Program-made: the position numbers and the translations under genes
Notes under the pieces: model-generated
Told to the model about the DNA's origin: nothing
Seen by the model: only the letters and a program-made list of their open reading frames with translations
Database searches by the model: none
IMG/VR virus record: IMGVR_UViG_3300021431_004524
Location: 1-64,000 of that record
From: a virus
Taxonomy: Duplodnaviria > Caudoviricetes
Reading direction: 5' to 3' (one strand)
Length of the DNA stretch: 64,000 nt
Shown: piece after piece, positions 19,448 to 29,800 of the stretch
Layout of the letters: every line of letters begins with the position of its first letter
How positions within the stretch are numbered: position 1 is the first letter of the stretch

Positions 19448-20350
19448 TTATCTTTTAGGTAATTTTGATAAATCTATCTTTTTTGGGTTTTCCAACTGTT
19501 TCCTAAGATTATCTAATCCACGTTCCGTAGGTGTCTTGTATGGTTCTTCCTTTGGTGTGGCTGATAATCTGTTATTAAGGTCTTTCATTTTTATCGGATT
19601 TGATGTATCGCCAAGTTTAGACCTCAAATCTTCTATTTCCTTTCCTTGATTCGGTAAATTATCTAAGTCAATCTTACGAGGATTTTGTAATTGCTGTTTA
19701 AGCCTTTCCATACCACGCTCAGTAGGTGTACGATACAGTTCCGTTTCCTTATTTGGCTCTTGTTTCAGTTTAGGACCGGTTTCTTGTGGCTGTTTTGTGT
19801 AATCCTTAAATCCGTTCTTCGTCTTAATGTCTGAAAGTTTAATCGGATTCATTACTTGCTGCTTAAGCCTTTCAAGATTCTTCTCAGAATCAGTCTTGAA
19901 TAAGTTGCCTTTAAGTTTAGGATTAGTATTCTTTACGATTTCATCAGACATTTCTTCGTCATCACCGAATGTTGCAATTTTGTAGACTATACTCATAGTT
20001 TTATCATCATCCGGATTGAAGTCACCTAATCCACGATATATTTCAGATGCAGGACGGCTGAATGTCTGACCGGTATCTTCCCAAGCAGAAATACGGTCTA
20101 GTCTGAAAAATTTCCAAGATGGAACTTTTGTTGTAGTATCACCATAAGGCTGAAAAGCCCTTATTACAGGATTACCGGCTTTCGTAAGGCCATACGCATA
20201 TACTTCAATGACACGTGCGCCAGTTGCAACGTCTTCACCTTTGGAATGATAATTGATTATTACCCTCTTATGGTTATCCATTGCATCATCGATGTCATTG
20301 ACCGAAACACTTTCTTTAAGTAATATTTCCTGTAATAATTCCGTAAGCAT
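19448..20350 (-). CDS. stand-alone WYL-domain protein with C-terminal repeats
   Basis: RVIINY...GARVIEVYAYG.TKAGN..IRAFQ...WKFFRLDRI; three T..E..L..L..Q..NP.K..L repeats. Confidence 0.7.
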   Translation of the reverse strand: MLTELLQEILLKESVSVNDIDDAMDNHKRVIINYHSKGEDVATGARVIEVYAYGLTKAGNPVIRAFQPYGDTTTKVPSWKFFRLDRISAWEDTGQTFSRPASEIYRGLGDFNPDDDKTMSIVYKIATFGDDEEMSDEIVKNTNPKLKGNLFKTDSEKNLERLKQQVMNPIKLSDIKTKNGFKDYTKQPQETGPKLKQEPNKETELYRTPTERGMERLKQQLQNPRKIDLDNLPNQGKEIEDLRSKLGDTSNPIKMKDLNNRLSATPKEEPYKTPTERGLDNLRKQLENPKKIDLSKLPKR

Positions 20351-20369
20351 ATATTGTTGAATATATAAA

Positions 20370-20397
20370 AAGGTCATTCAAAACTCAAATGACCTTA
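20370..20397 (-). terminator. intrinsic terminator
   Basis: aaggtcatt...aatgacctt inverted repeat with flanking A-run. Confidence 0.6.
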
Positions 20398-20416
20398 AAT
20401 TATAAGTTACTCCATA

Positions 20417-20782
20417 TTAGGGTACTCTGTACTGGCCTTCACGAACATTCAAGGAAGTATCAATAAGTCTTGCTGAATACTGATTGTCATATCTATAAAG
20501 ACTTCTTGCCATAGCAACCTCACGTGTCTCATTATCAACATCAGTACCGGCCATACTTGCAGGATTTGTATCAAAGTTTGAATAATTTATCATACCGATT
20601 GTTCCATTGCAATTTGGAAGCCAGAATGTGTGTCCGCCATGTCCGGTTCCTCTACCAAGTTTTCCACCTGCTAAAGCATCCTCATGTGTTGCACTATATT
20701 GATTATCCCTATTGTAGTCACTTCTAACAATCTCATTATGTCTCTCGTCAATTGAGCGTTTTTCTAAACAACTTTGTGCCAT
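20417..20782 (-). CDS. hypothetical protein, probable virion protein
   Basis: 121 aa, GKLGRGTG, TATTTAT upstream. Confidence 0.7.
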   Translation of the reverse strand: MAQSCLEKRSIDERHNEIVRSDYNRDNQYSATHEDALAGGKLGRGTGHGGHTFWLPNCNGTIGMINYSNFDTNPASMAGTDVDNETREVAMARSLYRYDNQYSARLIDTSLNVREGQYRVP

Positions 20783-20858
20783 TATAATATATTATTATAT
20801 CGTTATTTATCAAATAAATATTATCTTTCTACTATTTTATCAATTATTACTTTGGGTT

Positions 20859-21944
20859 TTATTTTAATTTAACTCTTGATTTGAAGTCTTTAAGACAAGC
20901 ATTCTTATCATAATCAATATTACCTATTGCTTTTTCTATTTCGTCTTCCGGTATATTTTGTGTTTTAAGAAATTCCCTATCCTCATCACCTTGTGCAAAT
21001 GCTGAGTTGTTTTTCCTATTAACCGCATTACCATAGATAGGAACATAACCTCTGAATTTAGAACCATCCCAATACATAAAGAAAAGCACAGGACATTCCC
21101 AATCCCCACCGGCATAAGCCATGACATATGAAATGCCGTTAGTAACTTTTACTTCATTATCTATTGAATCACAATTTTCAAAATCAAAATTAACTTTCTT
21201 TAAGTCTTTGTGTAATTCACTTAATTCAGGAATATTTTTGTAAGGTCTGCAATATCTGTATACGAAATTCGATATGGAAAATTTCCCGCTATACTTATCT
21301 TGGTATTTATCCCATATCTCTCTGAGTTTGTTTTCAAATTCTTTTGGGGAAATCTTACCGGCTGTTCTGCCTTGTTTTGCAGGCTCAATATCGAGATTGA
21401 CGGTATAATGTTTATTTTCGGTGGTTAATTGCCTATAAACATTTTCACTGATATAGATTACTCTTCTTTCTTTATGTTCAAACCTTATAGCATTGTTATC
21501 ACCTATTTTCTTTGCCACATCTTTTGACTGTATTTTTGCTTGTGTGGGTTTATCTTTCCTTATTTGTCTCTGTTTTTCATGTGGTTTGATAAATGCGTTG
21601 GACATGCCGGCATCCTTTTTGGCTTGCTTGAAATCTTTAACAGCCTTTGTTGCTGTATTAAGCGTGTTATTGACCCAAGTCATCATTGGTTCTCCACCGT
21701 TAAGGACAAACTCTGCTGATTTTGGTGTGCCTTTATAATTGTCGAAGAAGTTCTTAATACGTTTCATTTCTTGGTAAGAAATCGTGTTCATGTCCAAAAC
21801 GTTATTAAGACGCTTATAACCATCCACGGTTTTATCACCGGAATAGTTATCCAATGTATTCTGTAAATGGGTTTTGACACCTTTTGGTAAAGGGAAAGTC
21901 CTATTATTCAGTTCTTGGTTTCCTTCAAATATAAGATGCAACAT
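20859..21944 (-). CDS. hypothetical two-domain protein
   Basis: 361 aa; internal RVIYISENVYRQLTTE linker resembles the shared N-terminal tag. Confidence 0.75.
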   Translation of the reverse strand: MLHLIFEGNQELNNRTFPLPKGVKTHLQNTLDNYSGDKTVDGYKRLNNVLDMNTISYQEMKRIKNFFDNYKGTPKSAEFVLNGGEPMMTWVNNTLNTATKAVKDFKQAKKDAGMSNAFIKPHEKQRQIRKDKPTQAKIQSKDVAKKIGDNNAIRFEHKERRVIYISENVYRQLTTENKHYTVNLDIEPAKQGRTAGKISPKEFENKLREIWDKYQDKYSGKFSISNFVYRYCRPYKNIPELSELHKDLKKVNFDFENCDSIDNEVKVTNGISYVMAYAGGDWECPVLFFMYWDGSKFRGYVPIYGNAVNRKNNSAFAQGDEDREFLKTQNIPEDEIEKAIGNIDYDKNACLKDFKSRVKLK

Positions 21945-22465
21945 TAATGTTTACCTTGTTTTTTGTTTATTTTGAGGCGAAGTTCCTTTAGCCATGAATA
22001 CGGTATTGAAGACAAATCGAAACTTTCAATAATCTTGTTAAGGACGATAGCCTGTTGTTTTGGTGAAAGCATTTGCATAGAATCTATTAACAAATTCATT
22101 TTACGTTGTACGCTTTCCGGTATTTTTACAAGGTCATCGTTTGTATCTCCATTACCTAAAGTATCTAATTCGGCATTGTTATAAAAATCATCAACACCAT
22201 CATTGTTTATGTCGTTTTCTCTTAACGTATGTGGTTTTAATGCAAAGCCGGCATAGCGATTATAGGTTTGAGATGTTATTTTACTCGCTGTATCATCACT
22301 TGTTTTTGGCTCTGCGTCTTCTTCATCATTTTCCTTGCCGCCTACTGATATTTCAGATTGACCGTTATATTGTTTGAAGTCACCATTATCGAGATAACTG
22401 AAGGCGTTTTTTTCAGCCTCCATTAATTGTTGTTCGGTTATTTTAATTATACGCTTCTTTTCCAT
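21944..22465 (-). CDS. hypothetical protein with N-terminal IIKITEQQL tag
   Basis: 173 aa; TATTTAT 29 nt upstream. Confidence 0.75.
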   Translation of the reverse strand: MEKKRIIKITEQQLMEAEKNAFSYLDNGDFKQYNGQSEISVGGKENDEEDAEPKTSDDTASKITSQTYNRYAGFALKPHTLRENDINNDGVDDFYNNAELDTLGNGDTNDDLVKIPESVQRKMNLLIDSMQMLSPKQQAIVLNKIIESFDLSSIPYSWLKELRLKINKKQGKH

Positions 22466-22515
22466 ACTATAAACGATATTTACCTCTATTTATTATAAAT
22501 AGTGTTTATTTGTTA

Positions 22516-24492
22516 ATGGGTAATATTTTCAATCATAATAGGCTACCTTTTAATTTCAGACTTGACAGAAGTGAGTACTGGGATTTTTATCTGAGTCAAC
22601 CAAGTTACGGCTCGGATTACACTGATGGCTTATCAGATAGGTGCTTAATATCCTTTATTGATACAACTGACCCTGAATGCGTATGGTTTGACAGCCTTTA
22701 TAGTAAACCAAAATATTATTGGGAAGATGCTGTCAATAATGGTATAAGTCTTAAGAACATAGGTTATACCGGCGTTGATAACGGACTCATACACTATGAA
22801 AAAGACAGAATAAGCAATAAGGAATTTTTGAAATTATATAAAGATTCAGAAATAAAGATAGAAAAAGACGACTTACGTTTATTATTGAATAAGGTATACG
22901 GAAATAATCAGATTTTTTTCTATGGAAACGACATCGTTGAAGAAGACGGCATGCTTGTGTCAAAATTAAACGGTGGTTTTTGGCAGGGATTTTTCAAGAC
23001 TGACGAAAATTACAGAGTATTACCGAAAAATATCGGAAACGGTTTGACATTTGAGGTGGTATTAAAGAAACATGATTTTGATAAGGATGATAAATACAGA
23101 CTGAATGACAGGCATTCGGACAATAAGGGTATTTTCCTTTATCTTGGCACAAGGGCTGAAAATAAATGGTGGAAGGAATATATTTCTGAATATAGTCCGT
23201 CAAAGGTGGATAATGGTTTTATAGTTGACGGTTATGTTAATTCAGGTTATACAGGAGAGGATAGTTTGAATGACGATTACATAAAACCATATAAGGATTT
23301 ATATGCTGTTGATGAATATTTCGCTGATGGTTATCTGACTGATAAATGTGAGGAAAACTGCTGCTGTCCAAAAGATAGTAAGGATGATGGAGGCAGTCAT
23401 AGAAAATCATCAATGCCTAAGTTCACATATCCGGAAGCATTGAATGTATATGAGGACAATGCAGTGTGGTTTGACCAAGACGGGCACCTTTGGATTGAGA
23501 ATGAAATGTTTACAACCGGTTTAAACTCAGGAAATAACGGTGGTAGTTCAAAAAGAAAGTGCAATTGTACCGATTATTTTGCTGACGAATATATAACTGA
23601 TGATTACTATGACAACTATTGTGATTGTACAATTTATTTCAAGGAAGATTATCTTAATCCGGAAACAAAAATAGATGAAAACGAAGAATTAGTCATGAAA
23701 GACGGTTATAGTGTCAGACAAACCAATATAAGGGAGTATAGAAGTGACAATAAGTTTCTTCTTTTTGACAGGACATGTGAAGGCTATACAACTGAAAATT
23801 GGGTCGATGGTAGTGAAGTAATCATAACAGATGTATTGACACCCAAGATTAAGAATTATTTCCTTTTGTTTAACCGTACATGCGGGGGATATACAACAGA
23901 TACAATAGGCAGTCTTATCGATGAGGAAAGCAGAAAATATGATATACTTAATGATTTATACCGTAACGCCATTGCATTTCAGATTGATGATGACGGAAGA
24001 ATAGGTTATAAGTATTTTGTAAAGGATTGTGATACGGATGATGGCTACAAGATTGAGAGTGAATGGTCTTCAATTGGTGTCGTAAAGGATGATAAATGGT
24101 ATACAGTAACAATAAAATTACTTCCTATTGGCAAAAAATATGATGAATGCGCCGAAAATACAAGTTCATCAGACAAAATGATAATCGTAATTTATGTTAA
24201 CGGCAAATTAAAATTCAAGTCAAAAGAACTTCCAATACTTAATTTAAAGAAATTAAACGATATGTATAGTAAACAGGAAGGAGTGCCGTTTAACATTTCA
24301 TTAGGCGGAGGGACACAAGGCTTGTCCGACGTAATTTATCTAAATTACCGCAAATTACCTGAATATGAATTGCCTATTGAGAAGGAATTTGCGGGTACGT
24401 TTATTGGCTTTGTTAAGGCATTACGAATATATAATTGTGGCATTTCATTCTCAGAAATTACCCAAAATGTAATTTTTGACGGCTATTTCTAA
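22516..24492 (+). CDS. LamG/concanavalin-like domain virion protein with Cys/Asp-rich insertion
   Basis: WYTVTI...IVIYVNGKL...ISLGGG...FIG....LRIYN...SEITQN LamG pattern; ATG 22516. Confidence 0.65.
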   Translation: MGNIFNHNRLPFNFRLDRSEYWDFYLSQPSYGSDYTDGLSDRCLISFIDTTDPECVWFDSLYSKPKYYWEDAVNNGISLKNIGYTGVDNGLIHYEKDRISNKEFLKLYKDSEIKIEKDDLRLLLNKVYGNNQIFFYGNDIVEEDGMLVSKLNGGFWQGFFKTDENYRVLPKNIGNGLTFEVVLKKHDFDKDDKYRLNDRHSDNKGIFLYLGTRAENKWWKEYISEYSPSKVDNGFIVDGYVNSGYTGEDSLNDDYIKPYKDLYAVDEYFADGYLTDKCEENCCCPKDSKDDGGSHRKSSMPKFTYPEALNVYEDNAVWFDQDGHLWIENEMFTTGLNSGNNGGSSKRKCNCTDYFADEYITDDYYDNYCDCTIYFKEDYLNPETKIDENEELVMKDGYSVRQTNIREYRSDNKFLLFDRTCEGYTTENWVDGSEVIITDVLTPKIKNYFLLFNRTCGGYTTDTIGSLIDEESRKYDILNDLYRNAIAFQIDDDGRIGYKYFVKDCDTDDGYKIESEWSSIGVVKDDKWYTVTIKLLPIGKKYDECAENTSSSDKMIIVIYVNGKLKFKSKELPILNLKKLNDMYSKQEGVPFNISLGGGTQGLSDVIYLNYRKLPEYELPIEKEFAGTFIGFVKALRIYNCGISFSEITQNVIFDGYF

Positions 24493-24533
24493 AAAAAATA
24501 CAATATTTATTAATAAATAAACTATTACATACA

Positions 24534-26813
24534 ATGAATAACAAGGGAATAACATATTTTAGACTGAATTCACCTTACGAGGGTGATATCACTAAGAATT
24601 GTGCCTTGGACGGATATGAGGTTGATAACAACTTTTTTACGTTAGAGGGTAGAGATATCGCTTCTGTTTATGTTGAAAACGACCAAATTAAAGTTGGTTT
24701 GCTGAATGGTGATACGATAACCTCTGGTGAAGTTTTTGATAAATTCGCACAGAATTTGTCATTTGATTTCGATAGTGAAAATGGTATTTTGTATATCAGC
24801 ATGAACGGTACCGTCAAGAAGATTGAAGGCTTCGTGACTGTTCATAATGATGAGAATGCTGTGGCTACTGATAGTACCATTATTGGTAACGGAAAACCAT
24901 CAAGCCCACTTTCAATTTCACCAGTTTATAAAACCGGTACATATGAACCTGTACTTGGCTTTATAGACATGGTTAATGACAATAAGAAACTTCCATGTGG
25001 AAAAGACGTACTTCCTGGTGACAGATACCTTGTTTATACTCAGAATAGCGATTACGGCTTGCTCTATGACTATGAGGGGATTAAAAGAATTGCTTGTGAC
25101 CTTGTACAAAGTCACTCTGAGTGGAGAATTCCGACTAAGGAGGATTGGGATGACATGTTGAATGCTGTTGAGCCTTGTGTTGAGGACAGGGACCATTCAA
25201 GTGCATCGTCTAACAAATATCTTGGTAGATTTGCCGGTAAATTCCTTAAATCAAAATATTTGTGGAAACCGGAAAGACATTGCTGCACTACTGAAGAAGA
25301 TAACGAAACATGCATAAACTATCCAGATTCAAATACTAACAATTGTGGTTGCTATCAACACAATCAAAATAATGCAGCACAAGAAAATGGTTGCACATGT
25401 GGTAAGCCAATTATATGTGAACCTATGAATTGTGGCGAATATGAACATTGTCCACATAGGCCATGCAAACCAGATAATAGGGGTATTGACAAGTTCGGAT
25501 ACACTGTAACACCAGCAGGATACGCCGATGATGGTGATATGTACGGATACTTTGGTGAGAGGGCTTGGTATTGGACTGCCACAAATTCTCACAGTGGTGC
25601 AAGCGCATACACAAAGAGATTTGAATACAATAAGTCAACCGTATATCAGGATATTGTCCCTGCACGTTTCCACCTTTCACTCAGATTGGTAAAGGATTAT
25701 AACGGAAATAATTTCTTGGAGAGAGAACACATCCTTTGTGATACATATCCAACAGTACTTATGCCTTCTTTGAAGAGTGGACATAAAGTATGGACAAGCG
25801 TAAATGTCGCACTCGCAAACAGATGCTACAAAGGAATGCAGCCAAATGACGGACAAGGCATAACAATGAGAAAGAAATATCTCATTTATGAATGGGACGG
25901 ACACAGATGGCTCGTTAATGAACTCAAAGAGGGTGAATCTGTTGTTATACTTGATGCACCTAATAATAGATATAGTTCTGCTTATAAGGTAATCAACGGT
26001 GAACTTATCGACTTAGACCTTAGAACTGTCAATAACGTTCTGAATATCATTCAACCAAAACTCGATAATCTTGAATGTCTTATAAATACTGAAAGAGATA
26101 GAGCTATTGCCGAAGAAGAAAGACTCGCAGCTGCAATTGACAGCACAACAGCACGTCTTGATAACGAGATACTTGAAAGACGTGCAGCCGATGCAGAACT
26201 TGATGCCAAGATTTTGGCTGAGAAAGAAGCACGCGAGACTAAGGATGCAGAACTTGAGCAAGCAATCGCAGATGAAGCCGCAGCACGTACTGCTGCCGAT
26301 GAAGCACTCACAGCCGCATTGGAACAAGAGGCATTGCAGAGGGCAGAAAAAGACGCAGAGTTGGAGCAGGCTATTGCTGATGAAAAGGCTGCAAGAGAAA
26401 CCAAAGACGCTGAGTTAGAACAGGCAATCGCAGATGAAGCCGCAGCACGTGAAGCCAAAGATACCGAGTTGGAGCAGGCTATTGCTGATGAGGCCGCAGC
26501 AAGAGAAGCGAAAGACGCAGAACTTGAACAGGCTATTGCTGACGAGGCTGCTGCAAGAGAGGCTAAGGATGCTGAATTAGAACAAGCCATTGCTGACGAG
26601 GCCGCTGCAAGAGAAGCCAAAGATGCCGAGTTGGAGCAGGCTATTGCTGACGAGGCCGCAGCAAGAGAAACGAAAGACGTTGAAATTGAAGGTAAACTTC
26701 TTACAGAAGAGGGTACTGAGTTTGACAAGGAAAATGGTATTCTTACGTTGAAGAGTGCTGCCGGAACAAACGATATAACAGTTCAGTTCAGTTTCAATTT
26801 CGGAGAAATCTAA
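24534..26813 (+). CDS. fibre-like protein with Fib_succ_major (FISUMP)-like domain and 18-aa coiled-coil repeats
   Basis: YGLLYDY...WRIPTKEDW...AGKFLKS...DKFGYTVTPAGY...FGERAWYWTAT...LSLRLVKD. Confidence 0.75.
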   Translation: MNNKGITYFRLNSPYEGDITKNCALDGYEVDNNFFTLEGRDIASVYVENDQIKVGLLNGDTITSGEVFDKFAQNLSFDFDSENGILYISMNGTVKKIEGFVTVHNDENAVATDSTIIGNGKPSSPLSISPVYKTGTYEPVLGFIDMVNDNKKLPCGKDVLPGDRYLVYTQNSDYGLLYDYEGIKRIACDLVQSHSEWRIPTKEDWDDMLNAVEPCVEDRDHSSASSNKYLGRFAGKFLKSKYLWKPERHCCTTEEDNETCINYPDSNTNNCGCYQHNQNNAAQENGCTCGKPIICEPMNCGEYEHCPHRPCKPDNRGIDKFGYTVTPAGYADDGDMYGYFGERAWYWTATNSHSGASAYTKRFEYNKSTVYQDIVPARFHLSLRLVKDYNGNNFLEREHILCDTYPTVLMPSLKSGHKVWTSVNVALANRCYKGMQPNDGQGITMRKKYLIYEWDGHRWLVNELKEGESVVILDAPNNRYSSAYKVINGELIDLDLRTVNNVLNIIQPKLDNLECLINTERDRAIAEEERLAAAIDSTTARLDNEILERRAADAELDAKILAEKEARETKDAELEQAIADEAAARTAADEALTAALEQEALQRAEKDAELEQAIADEKAARETKDAELEQAIADEAAAREAKDTELEQAIADEAAAREAKDAELEQAIADEAAAREAKDAELEQAIADEAAAREAKDAELEQAIADEAAARETKDVEIEGKLLTEEGTEFDKENGILTLKSAAGTNDITVQFSFNFGEI
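26244..26675 (+). repeat. 8 x 54-bp coding tandem repeat (DAELEQAIADEAAAREAK)
   Basis: 7 near-identical peptide units plus 1 degenerate unit; synonymous divergence at DNA level. Confidence 0.95.
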
Positions 26814-26872
26814 CAGTATAAAAAATAAGTCTAAATAAATTTGAAATAAAATTTTATACGATATAAAATAAC

Positions 26873-29800
26873 ATGAATAACGATTACAGATTGCAATTAC
26901 TGAGTCATTCTGAAATCTTCCCTACCAAAGAAGAGGCAATGGAATACATAGAGGACAACTTTAAAGGTGTCGCTTTATGGGGAGAGCCAGCATTATTCTT
27001 CTACGGAACTGAAAGAGAGCCTAAGATGATTCTCGCAGTTGGTGCAAGTCATGATACAAGAAAACCACGTATTTGTGTCATTGATGATGCCGAACTTAGA
27101 GAACTCATTCAGGAGGTAAAGGATGCAACAGACAAAAATACTGAAGATATTGCAAAGGCCGCTGAAAGGATACTGAATATCGTCAATTCCGTTGGTCTTA
27201 CACTTGATGAAAATAAAATCAAAGACCAAATTTCTTATGAACCTGATAGAAGTGATGAACTTATCGGTGAAGCAAAAACTGTTGCCGAAGCCATTGCAAT
27301 CATATCTACGTTTGTACAGAAGAAATTCGCTGAAATGGAACTTACCGTTGAAGACGGTGAATCTATTGATTTTACTTTCGATAAGACTGATGAGGGTTCT
27401 ACTCTTACCGGTGAGGTGAAAATCTCAACCGAGGGTTCTGATGATGATTTGTTCTTCAACAATAATATTGTAGGTATCAAATCAGACGGACTCTTTGCTT
27501 CTTGTAATATTGAATATGATGCCGAAAGAAATCAACTCATTTTCACGACATCCGGTGTTAAGAACGGACGTTTTGTAACTGATGCTAACAAGAAAATCAT
27601 CGATTTCGGTGCTCATACAATCTATGTAGCCGATAATGAAGACCATAATGTAGCCGTTACAATTAATCAGGAACGTGGTACGATTTCAGCAGACGTTAAA
27701 ATTTCATCCGATGATGACAACTTGTTGGTTTCAAAGGATGGAAAGATGTATGTGTCTGGTCGTGCAAAGGATATTAAATACAAGGACACAACGGTTGCCG
27801 CAAAACTCACATCTATTGATAAAGCCGTTTCTGATATTCTTGACAAGATACATGTTCTCACTATTGAAGACCTTATTCAAGGTGATGAGAGTGATTCAAT
27901 TCTTACCAAGGCTATCAAGAACCAAAACGGTGGATACACGGTAACTGCTGATGTCAGACTTAGTAGCGATGAATCTATTCAGATTGGTAATGGCGGCATT
28001 AGGGCTAATATCGATATCGAAGTTGATAGTACCAATAACAAACTTGTATTAAAGGTTGGTAACACACAGAAATCAGTTTCACTTCCCGGTATAAGCATTC
28101 TTGACGACATCTATTACGATAGCGTAAATAAGTGTATTGTCATCACATGGAAAGACGGTACACAACAGACTGTAATTCCAGTAGCCGATATGCTTAAGAC
28201 TTGGGTAGTAGCAAACAACCCATCAAGCCCTATCGTTCTTACAAAGTCTGAAAGTGCTGCTTCCGGACAACCAGATACTCTTTCTGCCGACATCAAACTT
28301 GCACCAACAGATAACTTAATCGGAAAAGATTCATATGGTCAACTTTATGTGAAGGCTTCTGATATTGATAATAAGGTTGCTGCTGAGGCTTCTGCAAGAC
28401 AGGCCGCAGATGCAGAACTTAACAGTGCAATACAAAACGAGGCTAACACACGTCATTCAGAAGATGATATTTTGAAGGATTCTATTAACGCTGCACGTGA
28501 AGAGGCCGCAAATGCACTCGATGCAAAGGCTACCGAAATCTACGCCAGAATTGACGAGGATGAAGATAAAATCAATCAAGCATTTGATGATGCTGCCGAA
28601 GCAAAGTCACTCGTTGAACTTACAAATGCTAACTTGACTGCTGAAATTAACCGTGCGCAAACTGCCGAAGGTGTAAATGCAAACGCTATTGCCAATGTTA
28701 CCACACGTGTAACTGCCGTTGAAAGCGGACTTGCAACCGAAATAGAAACAAGAAGTACAGCAGATGCAGTTCATGATGAAAAGATTTCTAATCTTCGTGA
28801 TGCCGTTACTTCTGTTGAGACTTCACATCAGCAGGATATTGAAAGACTTTCCGGTGAGATTGCTGGCAACGCAAGTGCAATTAGCATCCTTAATGGTAGT
28901 GAAAACACTAACGGTTCTGTAAGAGAAACCGTAAAAATTGCAAAGGATGAACTTACTATTGCAATTAATAACGAGAAAACACGTGCCGAGGGTAAAGAGG
29001 GTGAACTTGCTGCTGACATTGCAGAGGAAGTTTCAAGAGCAACTGCTGCTGAAGCAACGACTCTTGCTAACGCAAAGGCTTATACAGACGATAAGACTGC
29101 TTATGTACAGCATCTTGCAGAGGATTATACCAACGCTGCAAAGGCTGAGGCAATCCAGACATCTAAGGATTATACAGACTCTAAGGTTGTTTCCACGACT
29201 GCTGATGCCAAGGCTTATACAGATAATGCCGTTGCTAACGAACAAGCACGCGCACAGGCTGCTGAAACCGCAAATGCAAACGACATCGTAGCACTTAAAG
29301 CAAAGGATATCCAAATCGACGGAGAACTTGCCAATAAGGTTGAAAGTGTAACCATTGTTAAGAGTACCGCAAGTGATTATCAGTATATTCTTAAGGTCGA
29401 TGGTGTTGATGCAGGTGAAATTAACATTCCTGAAATCGACATGCTTCAAGAGGTTAATTACGACCCAACAAGCAAGAACTTGAGATTTATCTTCCGCACA
29501 ACCGACGGTTATGCTGAAACTGTTATCAATATCGCAGACCTTATTGATACCTATCTTGCAGGTAATGGCTTGACACTTACTGACAATGTATTCTCTGTGA
29601 AGATTAACCCAGCAAGTGAGTTCATTTCAGTGGATGAAAACGGTATCAAGGTAAGTGGAATCAGCACTGCACTCCTTACAAAGGCTAATGTCGGTGACTC
29701 ATATACAAAGGCTGAATCCGATGCCAAGTATTTGACACAACATCAAGACGTATCGATGTTCGCTGAAAAGACTTACGTTGATGAAAAGGATGCTGAAATC

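Noticed and set aside
26244-26675. CRISPR array
   Set aside because: Contiguous 54-bp in-frame coding repeats with synonymous variation, no unique spacers and no cas genes.
26051-26728. 225-aa minus-strand ORF and many other short overlapping ORFs in the track
   Set aside because: Antisense or off-frame shadows of well-supported genes (Ser/Ala mirror of the repeat).
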